Below, one piece after another: positions 24,543 to 32,000 of a stretch of 32,000 bases of DNA (the stretch's first letter is position 1; every line of letters begins with the position of its first letter). The stretch is taken from contig CP001848.1 of assembly GCA_000025185.1 (NCBI GenBank), forward strand, positions 2,580,001-2,612,000, in the 5' to 3' direction. The notes under the pieces were generated by a model. It was not told the origin of the DNA. It was given only the letters and a program-made list of their open reading frames with translations, and searched no databases. This DNA is from Pirellula staleyi DSM 6068 (GTDB taxonomy: Bacteria > Planctomycetota > Planctomycetia > Pirellulales > Pirellulaceae). A program made the translations under genes and the position numbers.

Positions 24543-24820
24543 CGGTTCTAACGTTTTTTTCGATCTTCCTGGCTAAGCCATTGCAGCGCGACACGCAACC
24601 TCAGGCCACCTGGCGCCGGGCTCGGTAACTTGTGAGGTATTTTTGCAAGTTCATCGCTAGTGCGTGTCGCACGGACAAGTGGCGTGCGTGGCGCAAGTAA
24701 CCTCAGCGGAAATGAACGAAACAGCCGCTGAAAAAATGAGATGCGCTCTAATCGCCGCGCGCACGGTTCGTGCTGGTGGCGGCTGAATCGTCTGATTCTT
24801 GGATCGAAGTGAGAGTTGTG

Positions 24821-25678
24821 ATGCACGTAGTGATTACCGCTGTAGGGCCCGACAATGTCCGATTGGCCGACCCCATCATTCACTATGTCACGGGGCAAGG
24901 GGCCAACATCGCCGAGATCCAGATGTACGATCACGACGACGAAGCGCTCTTCGCCATGCTGCTGCGCATCCATCTTCCTGAAGAGAAGCTCCCGCAACTG
25001 CGCGAAGCGCTAGCGCAAATCTCAGAAGCAACCAAACTTTCGATTCGTGTCTGGTCTCCCGAAGAGCGTGCGAGTCGTCCGCGCCTCGCGCTCTGCGTCA
25101 CCTATCGCACCGAACCACCACTGGCAATTTTGCGAGCGATTCGCGATGGTCAGATCCGCGCCGAAGCCGCAGTGATGATCGGCAATCGAGGCGCTTGTCG
25201 TGGAATCGCCGAGCAGTTTGGCGTTCCATGGGAATCGATCGGCGACGATAGTGGCAAAGCCAACGACGATCAAATGGTCGACTTGCTCGATCGTTATGAA
25301 GTCGACTACGTGGTCCTTGCACGCTACATGCGTGTGCTTCCTGCGGCTAGCTGCTGGAAGTATGCCGGTGGACGAATCATTAATTTGCATCACGGGCTAT
25401 TGCCCAGTTTTCCGGGACTTCGGCCCTATCACGATGCCTATGCGGGTCGGATGCTCACGTTCGGCGCAACGTGTCACTTCATCGTTCCCGAACTCGATGC
25501 CGGGAATCAGATCATCCAGCAATCGACCTTCACCGTGCCACCCGGTACGAAGCTCGAAGAGATCATTCGCATCGGCCAGGAAGATAACGAGCCCCGCTGT
25601 TTGGTCGAAGGGATTCGCCGCGTGGTTGATCGGGAAGTGCAGCTGCACTTTCATCGCGTGATCGCCACCAACAAGTAG
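24821..25678 (+). CDS. purU: Formyltetrahydrofolate deformylase
   Basis: ORF-track ORF is 24770..25678. I moved the start to ATG 24821 (MHVVITAVGPD, start of the ACT domain). The formyltransferase core reads VLARYMRVL, IINLHHGLLPSFPGLRPYHDAY and FGATCHFIVPELDAGNQIIQQ, colinear with E. coli PurU. Confidence 0.9.
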   Translation: MHVVITAVGPDNVRLADPIIHYVTGQGANIAEIQMYDHDDEALFAMLLRIHLPEEKLPQLREALAQISEATKLSIRVWSPEERASRPRLALCVTYRTEPPLAILRAIRDGQIRAEAAVMIGNRGACRGIAEQFGVPWESIGDDSGKANDDQMVDLLDRYEVDYVVLARYMRVLPAASCWKYAGGRIINLHHGLLPSFPGLRPYHDAYAGRMLTFGATCHFIVPELDAGNQIIQQSTFTVPPGTKLEEIIRIGQEDNEPRCLVEGIRRVVDREVQLHFHRVIATNK

Positions 25679-25697
25679 CTGTCGCGATCGGCTAGTG

Positions 25698-27062
25698 TTA
25701 TTTCACGCCGATGTAGAAGCAGACGATGCCGAGCACTAGCGCGATCCCCAGCGTAGTGGCGATGCCGAGTCGATAGCGAAAAAGTAGCACACCTGCCACC
25801 AGCGTGATCAGCAGCGAGCCGAGCGACAGCGATGCTGGGTCGACGGTGAAATAGCGCACAGGGCCGAAGTGATGTTCGGACTTGACGGCGAAGAGTGTTT
25901 GGATCGTCAGCCAGAGGGCGAGACTGGTCATCACACCGAGCACCGCAGCGGTGATGGCGGCGAGTGCATGCGAGATTCGCTTGTTATTTCGCAGGAGCTC
26001 GATGTACGGCGCACCAGCGAAAATATAAAGAAAACAAGGGGCAAACGTGACCCACACGGTGACCACCGAGCCCAAGATGCCAGCGAGCAGGGGAGACATT
26101 TCTCCGCAGTTGCGATAGGCAGCCAGAAAGCCAACGAACTGCACCACCATGATCAGTGGGCCTGGTGTCGTTTCTGCCATCCCCAGGCCATCGAGCATTT
26201 CGGGAGCCTTTAGCCAGCCGTAGCGCTCGACCGCTTGCTGGGCGATGTACGACAGCACCGAGTAGGCTCCGCCAAAGGTCACGATCGCCGCACTGCTGAA
26301 GAGTGTTGCCTCGCTGAAGAGGACGTGACGGGTGCCGAGCGAACTCGCGACGATCACAAACGGTAACGACCAAATTGCCAGCCACAGCAGCACCACAGCG
26401 CAGGTTCTGGCGAGGGAGACTTGCGCTGGCTGCGTAGCTGCGCGATCGGCCGCATGCATCGGTTCGACGCCAGTTTTGGCGTGATGCGTTGGAGCCGTAA
26501 GTTGATGCGGTAGGAAGTGCCCTACGACGAAACCGAAGAGTCCGGCGACGAGCACGATCCCAGGAAACGGGACTTCAAAAAAGAAGATCGCCACGAGCGA
26601 GCAAGCTGCGAGGGTGCGCAGTAGAGGTGTCGAGAGAATTTTTTGCCCCAGACGCAGCACGGCAGCAGCCACCAGAACCAGCATCGACGCTTTGAGACCA
26701 AACAGCAGCGCGAGCACGGCGGGCTGTTGCTGATACATCGCATAGGCGATGCTCAGGGCGAGGATCGAAACAAAGCCTGGCGCGATGAAAAGCAAGCCGG
26801 CGGTGAGGCCGCCGATCCAGCCATGTAGCAGCCAGCCGATGTAGGTGGCAAGTTGCTGCGCCTCAGGGCCAGGCAGCAGCATGCAGTAGTTCAGGGCGTG
26901 GAGAAATCGCGACTCGCTGATCCACTTCTTTTCGTCGACGAGAATGCGGTGCATCACCGCGATTTGGCTGCTTGGACCACCAAAGCTGAGGGCCGCAATG
27001 CGGAGCCAAACCCCCACAGCTTCGCGATACGAAACGTGCATCGGCTCGCGAGCATCGCTCAT
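25698..27062 (-). CDS. chrA: Chromate ion transporter (CHR) family protein, long two-domain form
   Basis: The CHR signature FGGPSSQIAVMHRILVDEKKWISESRFLHALNYCMLLPGPEAQQLATYIGW is in the N-terminal half. A second repeat (TFGGAYSVLSYI...LGMAETTPGPLIM) is in the C-terminal half. About 12 hydrophobic helices. The start overlaps the SDR stop (ATGA). Confidence 0.9.
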   Translation of the reverse strand: MSDAREPMHVSYREAVGVWLRIAALSFGGPSSQIAVMHRILVDEKKWISESRFLHALNYCMLLPGPEAQQLATYIGWLLHGWIGGLTAGLLFIAPGFVSILALSIAYAMYQQQPAVLALLFGLKASMLVLVAAAVLRLGQKILSTPLLRTLAACSLVAIFFFEVPFPGIVLVAGLFGFVVGHFLPHQLTAPTHHAKTGVEPMHAADRAATQPAQVSLARTCAVVLLWLAIWSLPFVIVASSLGTRHVLFSEATLFSSAAIVTFGGAYSVLSYIAQQAVERYGWLKAPEMLDGLGMAETTPGPLIMVVQFVGFLAAYRNCGEMSPLLAGILGSVVTVWVTFAPCFLYIFAGAPYIELLRNNKRISHALAAITAAVLGVMTSLALWLTIQTLFAVKSEHHFGPVRYFTVDPASLSLGSLLITLVAGVLLFRYRLGIATTLGIALVLGIVCFYIGVK

Positions 27063-27856
27063 ACAAAATTGTCCGGCATGTCAGGCTGTTGCCAGGCGCT
27101 CATGCCACCGTCGACGAGCAGCATCTGACCATGGACATGCCACGCTTCATCGCTGAGCAGAAACACTGCAGCGCCGCCGCAGGCATCGCTCGAGGGAACG
27201 TCGCCGTTGGGTGTATGGAGCTGCATCCAGCGCTGAAATCGTTCATCGGTTTCGATGATATTGGTCAGCGGCGTTCGGACGAGTCCGGGGGCCATGCCGT
27301 TTACACGAATCCCCAGCGGCGCAAGTGAAACGCATAGCGATTTGATCATCGTCTCCACAGCACCTTTGCTGGTGTCGTAGGCGGTGTGCGTCGGTTCGGC
27401 GAGTCGACCATTGATCGAGCCGACCATCAGCACGCGTCCTTGGGTCTTGCGCGTCACCCAGCGCTGCGCAAATCGCTGCGTCAGGAAGTATGGCGCATCG
27501 ACATTCAGCCGCATTGTTTGCTGATAGGTCGCGAGATCCATCTCCAGGTACGGCTTATCGCGAAACGTACCGGCGTTGTTCACGAGCGTATCGATCGCGG
27601 GGAACTTTTCGATCGCGCGGGAGAAGAGTGCTTCGACCCCGGCCAGATCGGGCTGCATCAGGTCGGCGACGATCAGATCGGACTCTCGGCCTAGCTGGCG
27701 AATCTCGTCGACGACGCTGCGTGCCGCTTCGTTATCGAGGTGCCCATGCACCAGCAGATTGGCCCCCGCACGAGCGAGCGCGAGGGCGATCGATTTACCG
27801 ACCCCTTGGGTGGAGCCGGTGACGAGAACGGTGCGACCAGCAAGCGACATCGGCAT
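27059..27856 (-). CDS. Classical short-chain dehydrogenase/reductase (SDR), substrate unknown
   Basis: Motifs: VLVTGSTQGVGKSIA (TGxxxGxG), NNAG, the catalytic S...YDTSK (YxxxK), and PGLVRTP. Confidence 0.9.
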   Translation of the reverse strand: MPMSLAGRTVLVTGSTQGVGKSIALALARAGANLLVHGHLDNEAARSVVDEIRQLGRESDLIVADLMQPDLAGVEALFSRAIEKFPAIDTLVNNAGTFRDKPYLEMDLATYQQTMRLNVDAPYFLTQRFAQRWVTRKTQGRVLMVGSINGRLAEPTHTAYDTSKGAVETMIKSLCVSLAPLGIRVNGMAPGLVRTPLTNIIETDERFQRWMQLHTPNGDVPSSDACGGAAVFLLSDEAWHVHGQMLLVDGGMSAWQQPDMPDNFV

Positions 27857-27928
27857 GGCAGGGATACTCCGTGTCGCTGTTCTGTACTGCTCGAGGAGCG
27901 AAAACCAAACCGGCGATTGCGAATCGCG

Positions 27929-29863
27929 TTAATCGATGTACTTCTTTGCCGTCAGCAAGTCGACGATTTTGCTGGCACACTCATCGATCGAAAGCTTGCT
28001 GGTGTCGAGGACCAGATCGGGATTCGCTGGCGCTTCATAAGGTGCCGAAATGCCTGGAAAATTGACGATTTTTCCCTCTTCGGCCAGTTTGTACTGACCA
28101 TCGGTGTCGCGCTGCTTGCAAAGCTCGAGCGGCGCATCGAGATGCACCACCAGGAATTTCTCGGCACCGATCAAACCGGCCGCACGTTGGCGAACCGCTT
28201 CTTCAGGAGCGAGAAACGCAGCAATCACAATCAACCCAGCATCGTTGAAGAGGCGGGCCACTTCCGAGCCGCGACGCAGGTTCTCGCTCCGCTCTTCGCT
28301 GCTGAAGCCGAGGTCCTTGCTGATCCCTCGTCGCAACTGCTGGCCATCGAGCACCGCCACAGCGCGACCTTGTGCAAACAGCTTGCGCTCGACGGCATAA
28401 GCGGTCGACGATTTGCCCGATCCGGTGAGCCCCGTCAGGAGTAGCGTGACAGGCTTTTGTCCAAAGCGAGCTTCGCGTTCGGTGGCGCTCACGCTGGTCG
28501 TCTGGTCGCTGGCAGCGGTGACAGGCTCCGAATCCCACAGGTCTTGCGAGCCACCATCTTGGGTTCGATCAAGGATCATGCCGGCACCAACAGTGCCGTT
28601 GGTGAGGCGATCGATGATGATGAACGCGCCGGTGCTGCGGTTACGCCGATACGAGTCGAAGCAAAGCGGCGTGGCGGTGACGAGCGAGCAGCGACCAATT
28701 TCGTTGAGCTTCAGTGTCGGCGATTCTTTGCGATGCAGCGAGTTCACATCGACCTGATAGCGTACCGTTTGAATCTGCGCGGGAGTGATCCGCGAGGTTT
28801 GCTTCACCAAGTAGCCTTTGCCGGGAACGAGTGGTTCTTCCGACATCCAGACGATCATCGCTTCAAACTTTTGCTCAACACGCGGCACGTTGCCGGGACG
28901 AACAATCATGTCGCCGCGGCTGATATCGATTTCATCTTCCAGCGTGAGCGTGATCGAGAGTGGCGCGTACGCTTCCTCGACATCACCCTCGTGGGTCACA
29001 ATCGATTTGATGCGGCTGGTTTTTCGCGACGGGATCGCCATGATCTCGTCACCCTTGCGCACGATGCCCGAGGCCACGGTGCCGCAAAAACCGCGGAAAT
29101 CGAGGTTCGGGCGATTCACGTACTGCACAGGAAAGCGGAAATCTTCGAGGTTCCGGTCGCTGCCGATATACACCGTTTCGAGCAGGTGCATCAGTGGCGA
29201 GCCTTGATACCAAGGCATCTTTTCGCTCGGGCGGACGACGTTTTCACCCTTGAGCGCCGAGAGTGGCAGGAAGTGCACGTCGGGCAAATCGAGCCGTGCG
29301 GCGAAGGCTTGGTAGTCGGCTTTGATCTGCTCGAACGTCTCTTGGCTGTAGTCGACCAGATCCATCTTGTTGATCGCAATCACCACGTGCTTGATGCCGA
29401 GCAAGCTGACGATGAACGAGTGACGCTTCGTCTGTGTGAGAACACCTTTGCGGGCGTCGATCAAGATGATGGCGAGATCGGCTGTCGATGCGCCGGTTGC
29501 CATGTTGCGAGTGTACTGCTCGTGCCCCGGCGTGTCGGCGATGATGAACTTGCGTTTGTCGGTCGAGAAGTAGCGATAGGCCACGTCGATCGTGATCCCT
29601 TGCTGCACTTCGTCTTGCAAGCCGTCGAGCAAGAGTGCGAGATCCATCTCTTCGCCCGTGGTGCCATGTTTGGCAGTCACTTTTTTGAGCGCGGAGAGAT
29701 GGTCTTCAAACACCATCTTCGACTCGTACAAGAGCCGTCCAATGAGGGTGCTCTTGCCGTCGTCGACACTGCCGCAGGTGATGAAACGCATCAGCTCTTT
29801 GCGTTCGTGCTGCGACAGGTACTCGAGAATATCGGTGGCGATCAGATCGGATTGGTGCGACAT
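27929..29863 (-). CDS. cysN: Sulfate adenylyltransferase subunit 1 (GTPase CysN) fused to an APS-kinase-like (CysC) domain
   Basis: GTPase motifs: GSVDDGKST (G1), DTPGH (G3), NKMD (G4). The C-terminal domain (from ~aa 460) has an APS-kinase P-loop, [11 protein letters not shown], and DLGFS. See the findings for its altered motifs. Confidence 0.95.
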   Translation of the reverse strand: MSHQSDLIATDILEYLSQHERKELMRFITCGSVDDGKSTLIGRLLYESKMVFEDHLSALKKVTAKHGTTGEEMDLALLLDGLQDEVQQGITIDVAYRYFSTDKRKFIIADTPGHEQYTRNMATGASTADLAIILIDARKGVLTQTKRHSFIVSLLGIKHVVIAINKMDLVDYSQETFEQIKADYQAFAARLDLPDVHFLPLSALKGENVVRPSEKMPWYQGSPLMHLLETVYIGSDRNLEDFRFPVQYVNRPNLDFRGFCGTVASGIVRKGDEIMAIPSRKTSRIKSIVTHEGDVEEAYAPLSITLTLEDEIDISRGDMIVRPGNVPRVEQKFEAMIVWMSEEPLVPGKGYLVKQTSRITPAQIQTVRYQVDVNSLHRKESPTLKLNEIGRCSLVTATPLCFDSYRRNRSTGAFIIIDRLTNGTVGAGMILDRTQDGGSQDLWDSEPVTAASDQTTSVSATEREARFGQKPVTLLLTGLTGSGKSSTAYAVERKLFAQGRAVAVLDGQQLRRGISKDLGFSSEERSENLRRGSEVARLFNDAGLIVIAAFLAPEEAVRQRAAGLIGAEKFLVVHLDAPLELCKQRDTDGQYKLAEEGKIVNFPGISAPYEAPANPDLVLDTSKLSIDECASKIVDLLTAKKYID

Positions 29864-29945
29864 AGGAATCGATTAGTGACTGAAGTAGGCGAGTGGAAAG
29901 AGTGGCCAGAGCGAGTCGCTGCTGCGAGAAAAGTCGCAAAAACGA

Positions 29946-30857
29946 CTAGAAATAGCCCTCTTTTTTCTTCTTCTCCATCGAGCCCGATTCGTCGTGGTCG
30001 ATGAGGCGTCCCTGACGTTCCGAGAACTTCGTCAGCAGCATTTCTTGGATGATTTCGGGAAGCGTGGTGGCCGTGCTATCGACAGCGCCGCTGAGGGGAT
30101 AACAGCCGAGCGTACGAAAACGAACCATCCGCATCTCGGGAGTTTCGCCTGGCCGCATCGGCAAGCGATCATCGTCGACCATGATCATGGTGCCATCGCG
30201 CCACACAATGGGCCGTTCTTTGGCAAAGTAGAGTGGCACGATCGGAATGTTTTCGAGGTGCACGTATTGCCACACGTCGAGTTCAGTCCAGTTCGAGAGT
30301 GGAAAGACCCGAATGCTTTCCCCCTTGTTGACCCGCGCGTTGTAGAGGTTCCACAACTCGGGGCGCTGATTCTTCGGGTCCCAGCGATGCATCTGATCGC
30401 GGAACGAGTAGACCCGTTCTTTTGCGCGGCTCTTCTCTTCGTCGCGACGAGCACCACCAAAGGCGGCGTCGAACTGATATTTCGTGAGTGCCTGTTTTAG
30501 GCTTTCGGTCTTCATCACATCGGTGTGCACTTTGCTGCCGTGCGTGATGGGATTGATCCCTTGTCGGACGCCGTCTTGGTTGACGTGCACAATGAGCTTC
30601 AGGCCGAGCTCTTTGGCGACATAGTTGTCGCGCAGGTCGTACATCTCGCGGAACTTCCACGTGGTATCGACATGCAGCAGCGGAAACGGCGGCTTGGCGG
30701 GATAGAACGCCTTCATCGCCAAATGGAGCATCACCGCGGAATCTTTTCCGATCGAATAGAGCATCACCGGGTTTTCGAACTCGGCGACCACTTCGCGGAT
30801 GATGTGGATACTCTCGGCTTCGAGCTGCTTGAGATGCGTGAGGCTATAGCCAGACAT
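29946..30857 (-). CDS. cysD: Sulfate adenylyltransferase subunit 2
   Basis: ORF-track ORF is 29946..30989. I moved the start to ATG 30857 ([19 protein letters not shown]), which is the normal CysD N-terminus. The PP-loop is YSIGKDS. Other motifs: [22 protein letters not shown] and the C-terminal KKKEGYF. Confidence 0.95.
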   Translation of the reverse strand: MSGYSLTHLKQLEAESIHIIREVVAEFENPVMLYSIGKDSAVMLHLAMKAFYPAKPPFPLLHVDTTWKFREMYDLRDNYVAKELGLKLIVHVNQDGVRQGINPITHGSKVHTDVMKTESLKQALTKYQFDAAFGGARRDEEKSRAKERVYSFRDQMHRWDPKNQRPELWNLYNARVNKGESIRVFPLSNWTELDVWQYVHLENIPIVPLYFAKERPIVWRDGTMIMVDDDRLPMRPGETPEMRMVRFRTLGCYPLSGAVDSTATTLPEIIQEMLLTKFSERQGRLIDHDESGSMEKKKKEGYF

Positions 30858-31196
30858 AGTGTTTTGTTGCGAGGAAAAGAAGTTCCTCGCGAAAAAGATG
30901 GCGAGGCTGCGGCGACAGCTGGCAGAGTGGTGCGTCGCCGACATGATGTCAAAGACACGCCCCACCGTCACCAGGTTCCGCGAGAACACCCGCAGCCCAG
31001 AACTCTACGCAGTGGGCAAGAGATAGAACTCTTACCGCTCGCGAGACTTGCGAACTTTGGGAAGGATTTACGGTAGCCCAAGAGTATAGAGGCGACAGGC
31101 CGATCACTCAACGCCGCTTTGCAGGTGGCGGTAGAGTGGGTAAGTCGTGGAAGATAGGCAGTTTGCGATCGGCTCTGTGGAACTTCCGAAGCCTGT

Positions 31197-31676
31197 CTAC
31201 TTTTTGAAGTGGACAGCGCAAGCGCCGTCGTCGCAGTCGTCGGTCGATTTACCTGCAAGCCAGTAGCGCCTTTTCGCGACCTGCCAGTAACCCCATTTCC
31301 AGAGTGGCAAAGTAAACGGGATATGCAGAATCGGAGCCAAAATGTAGAGGAGAGGAAGCCTCGTGGTTAGATAGCGAAAAGCAGCCGCTCCACCGTAGCG
31401 ATTTCCTTTTTGATCGACGACGTACATTTCGTCCATCATTTGCTGGTAAGTCAAATCAGGATAACGCTTTGCAACTTCGGGATCGTGCAGCGATAAAAAG
31501 GCAAGCCGCTTTCCCTTGCCGTCCCAGCGAGCGAGCTTCTGAACCTGCGACTTGCAGAAGTTGCAGTGGCCGTCGTAGATCACCACATCAGCATTCGGAA
31601 GCTCTTGGGGCGTAGGGAGTTGGACCGACTTCTTGGCAGTTGCGGCAGCGGTTTTCGTGGCAGTCACGGCATTCAA
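31197..31676 (-). CDS. DCC-family thiol-disulfide oxidoreductase (DUF393)
   Basis: Motif VVIYDGHCNFCKSQVQ (the DxxCxxC of the DCC/DUF393 family), followed by the family-typical hydrophobic C-terminal half. The start is non-ATG (TTG 31676 from the ORF track, with GTG 9 nt downstream), so it is uncertain. Confidence 0.8.
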   Translation of the reverse strand: MNAVTATKTAAATAKKSVQLPTPQELPNADVVIYDGHCNFCKSQVQKLARWDGKGKRLAFLSLHDPEVAKRYPDLTYQQMMDEMYVVDQKGNRYGGAAAFRYLTTRLPLLYILAPILHIPFTLPLWKWGYWQVAKRRYWLAGKSTDDCDDGACAVHFKK

Positions 31677-32000
31677 CTTTCAGCACTTGCGGCCCCCTCA
31701 ACTTCCCACAGGAAGAGCGGGCTCCGCAAAAACGTTCTTCGCTACACTTAAAACCGCGAGTAGCTGGGAAAGGTAACTTTGTTAGAGACTTTCCCAGGCA
31801 GCCGATCCAGAGCACAATCGCTAGATCGTAAGTTGAGATTCAGCCAAGTTGTTACACAAAATTCGCTGGTGTCCCAAATCGTGGCGGCTCTATAATTCGT
31901 CGAGTTAAATAAGGATCGCGTCTGGTCGGCGAAATTCAAGTAACGAGCGTCGGCAAATTGCGGTTCTTCAGCATGACTAAGTGATCTCAGTAGCATACTG

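Noticed and set aside
24543-24820. Possible ZTP or THF-type riboswitch upstream of purU, and a weak AACGT/ACGTT hairpin plus T7 run just after the lgt stop (24536-24568).
   Set aside because: The CCTGGCGCCGGGC string only loosely recalls the ZTP 3' motif, and the 5' sub-domain consensus is absent. The post-lgt hairpin has a 5-bp AT-rich stem, which is marginal for an intrinsic terminator.
28457-30004. 515-aa plus-strand ORF antisense to cysNC.
   Set aside because: It lies entirely opposite a gene with unambiguous CysN/CysC motifs, and its product is Arg/Gly/Val/Asp-rich with no recognisable motif. Long stop-free antisense frames are expected in GC-rich genomes with strong GC3 bias.
31748-31996. 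82-codon minus-strand ORF at the right edge of the window.
   Set aside because: It has low GC and non-biased codons, shows no recognisable motif, and contains a 9-bp perfect inverted repeat near its 3' end. That is insufficient support to report it as a CDS.

Overview
This is a GC-rich chromosomal window with strong G/C third-position bias. I call 26 protein-coding genes and recognise no rRNA, tRNA, CRISPR array, transposase, integrase or phage genes. A Tat-signal DUF1501 protein, Pro/Ala/Gln-rich linkers, long intergenic spacers and weak Shine-Dalgarno signals suggest a Planctomycetota (Pirellulales-like) genome, but I cannot confirm taxonomy without a database search.

Gene content, left to right:
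- An envelope-polysaccharide module: a PCP chain-length determinant, an ExeA-type AAA ATPase, a BY-kinase-like protein with destroyed Walker motifs, and an extended-SDR epimerase.
- An MFS transporter, a Dpm1/Ppm1-like GT2, a CbiM/NikM-PDGLE fusion, ppa, a nucleotide-sugar dehydrogenase and DUF1501.
- A thioredoxin-fold/trypsin-like protease fusion, a small membrane ORF, a RidA-family protein and a TfoX_N-HisI fusion.
- Two convergent GT2-type genes and a nitrilase-superfamily hydrolase.
- A co-directional folK-panC-lgt-purU run.
- A minus-strand run of a DCC oxidoreductase, cysD, cysNC, an SDR and chrA.

The window reads as core metabolism plus envelope biogenesis, not a defence or mobile island. 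I did not find a convincing novel multi-gene system. The unusual items are domain architectures:
- Thioredoxin fused to an S1-type protease.
- TfoX_N fused to HisI through a lysine-rich linker.
- A PDZ domain inserted into Lgt.
- A kinase-dead BY-kinase homologue.
- HPPK with a degenerate P-loop-like tail.
- An APS-kinase domain with altered core motifs.

There are also two roughly 0.75-kb lower-GC non-coding regions (13272-14045 and 20629-21381) that contain stem-loops and one Cys-rich mini-ORF. All functional calls rest on motifs read by eye from the supplied translations. No searches were run.
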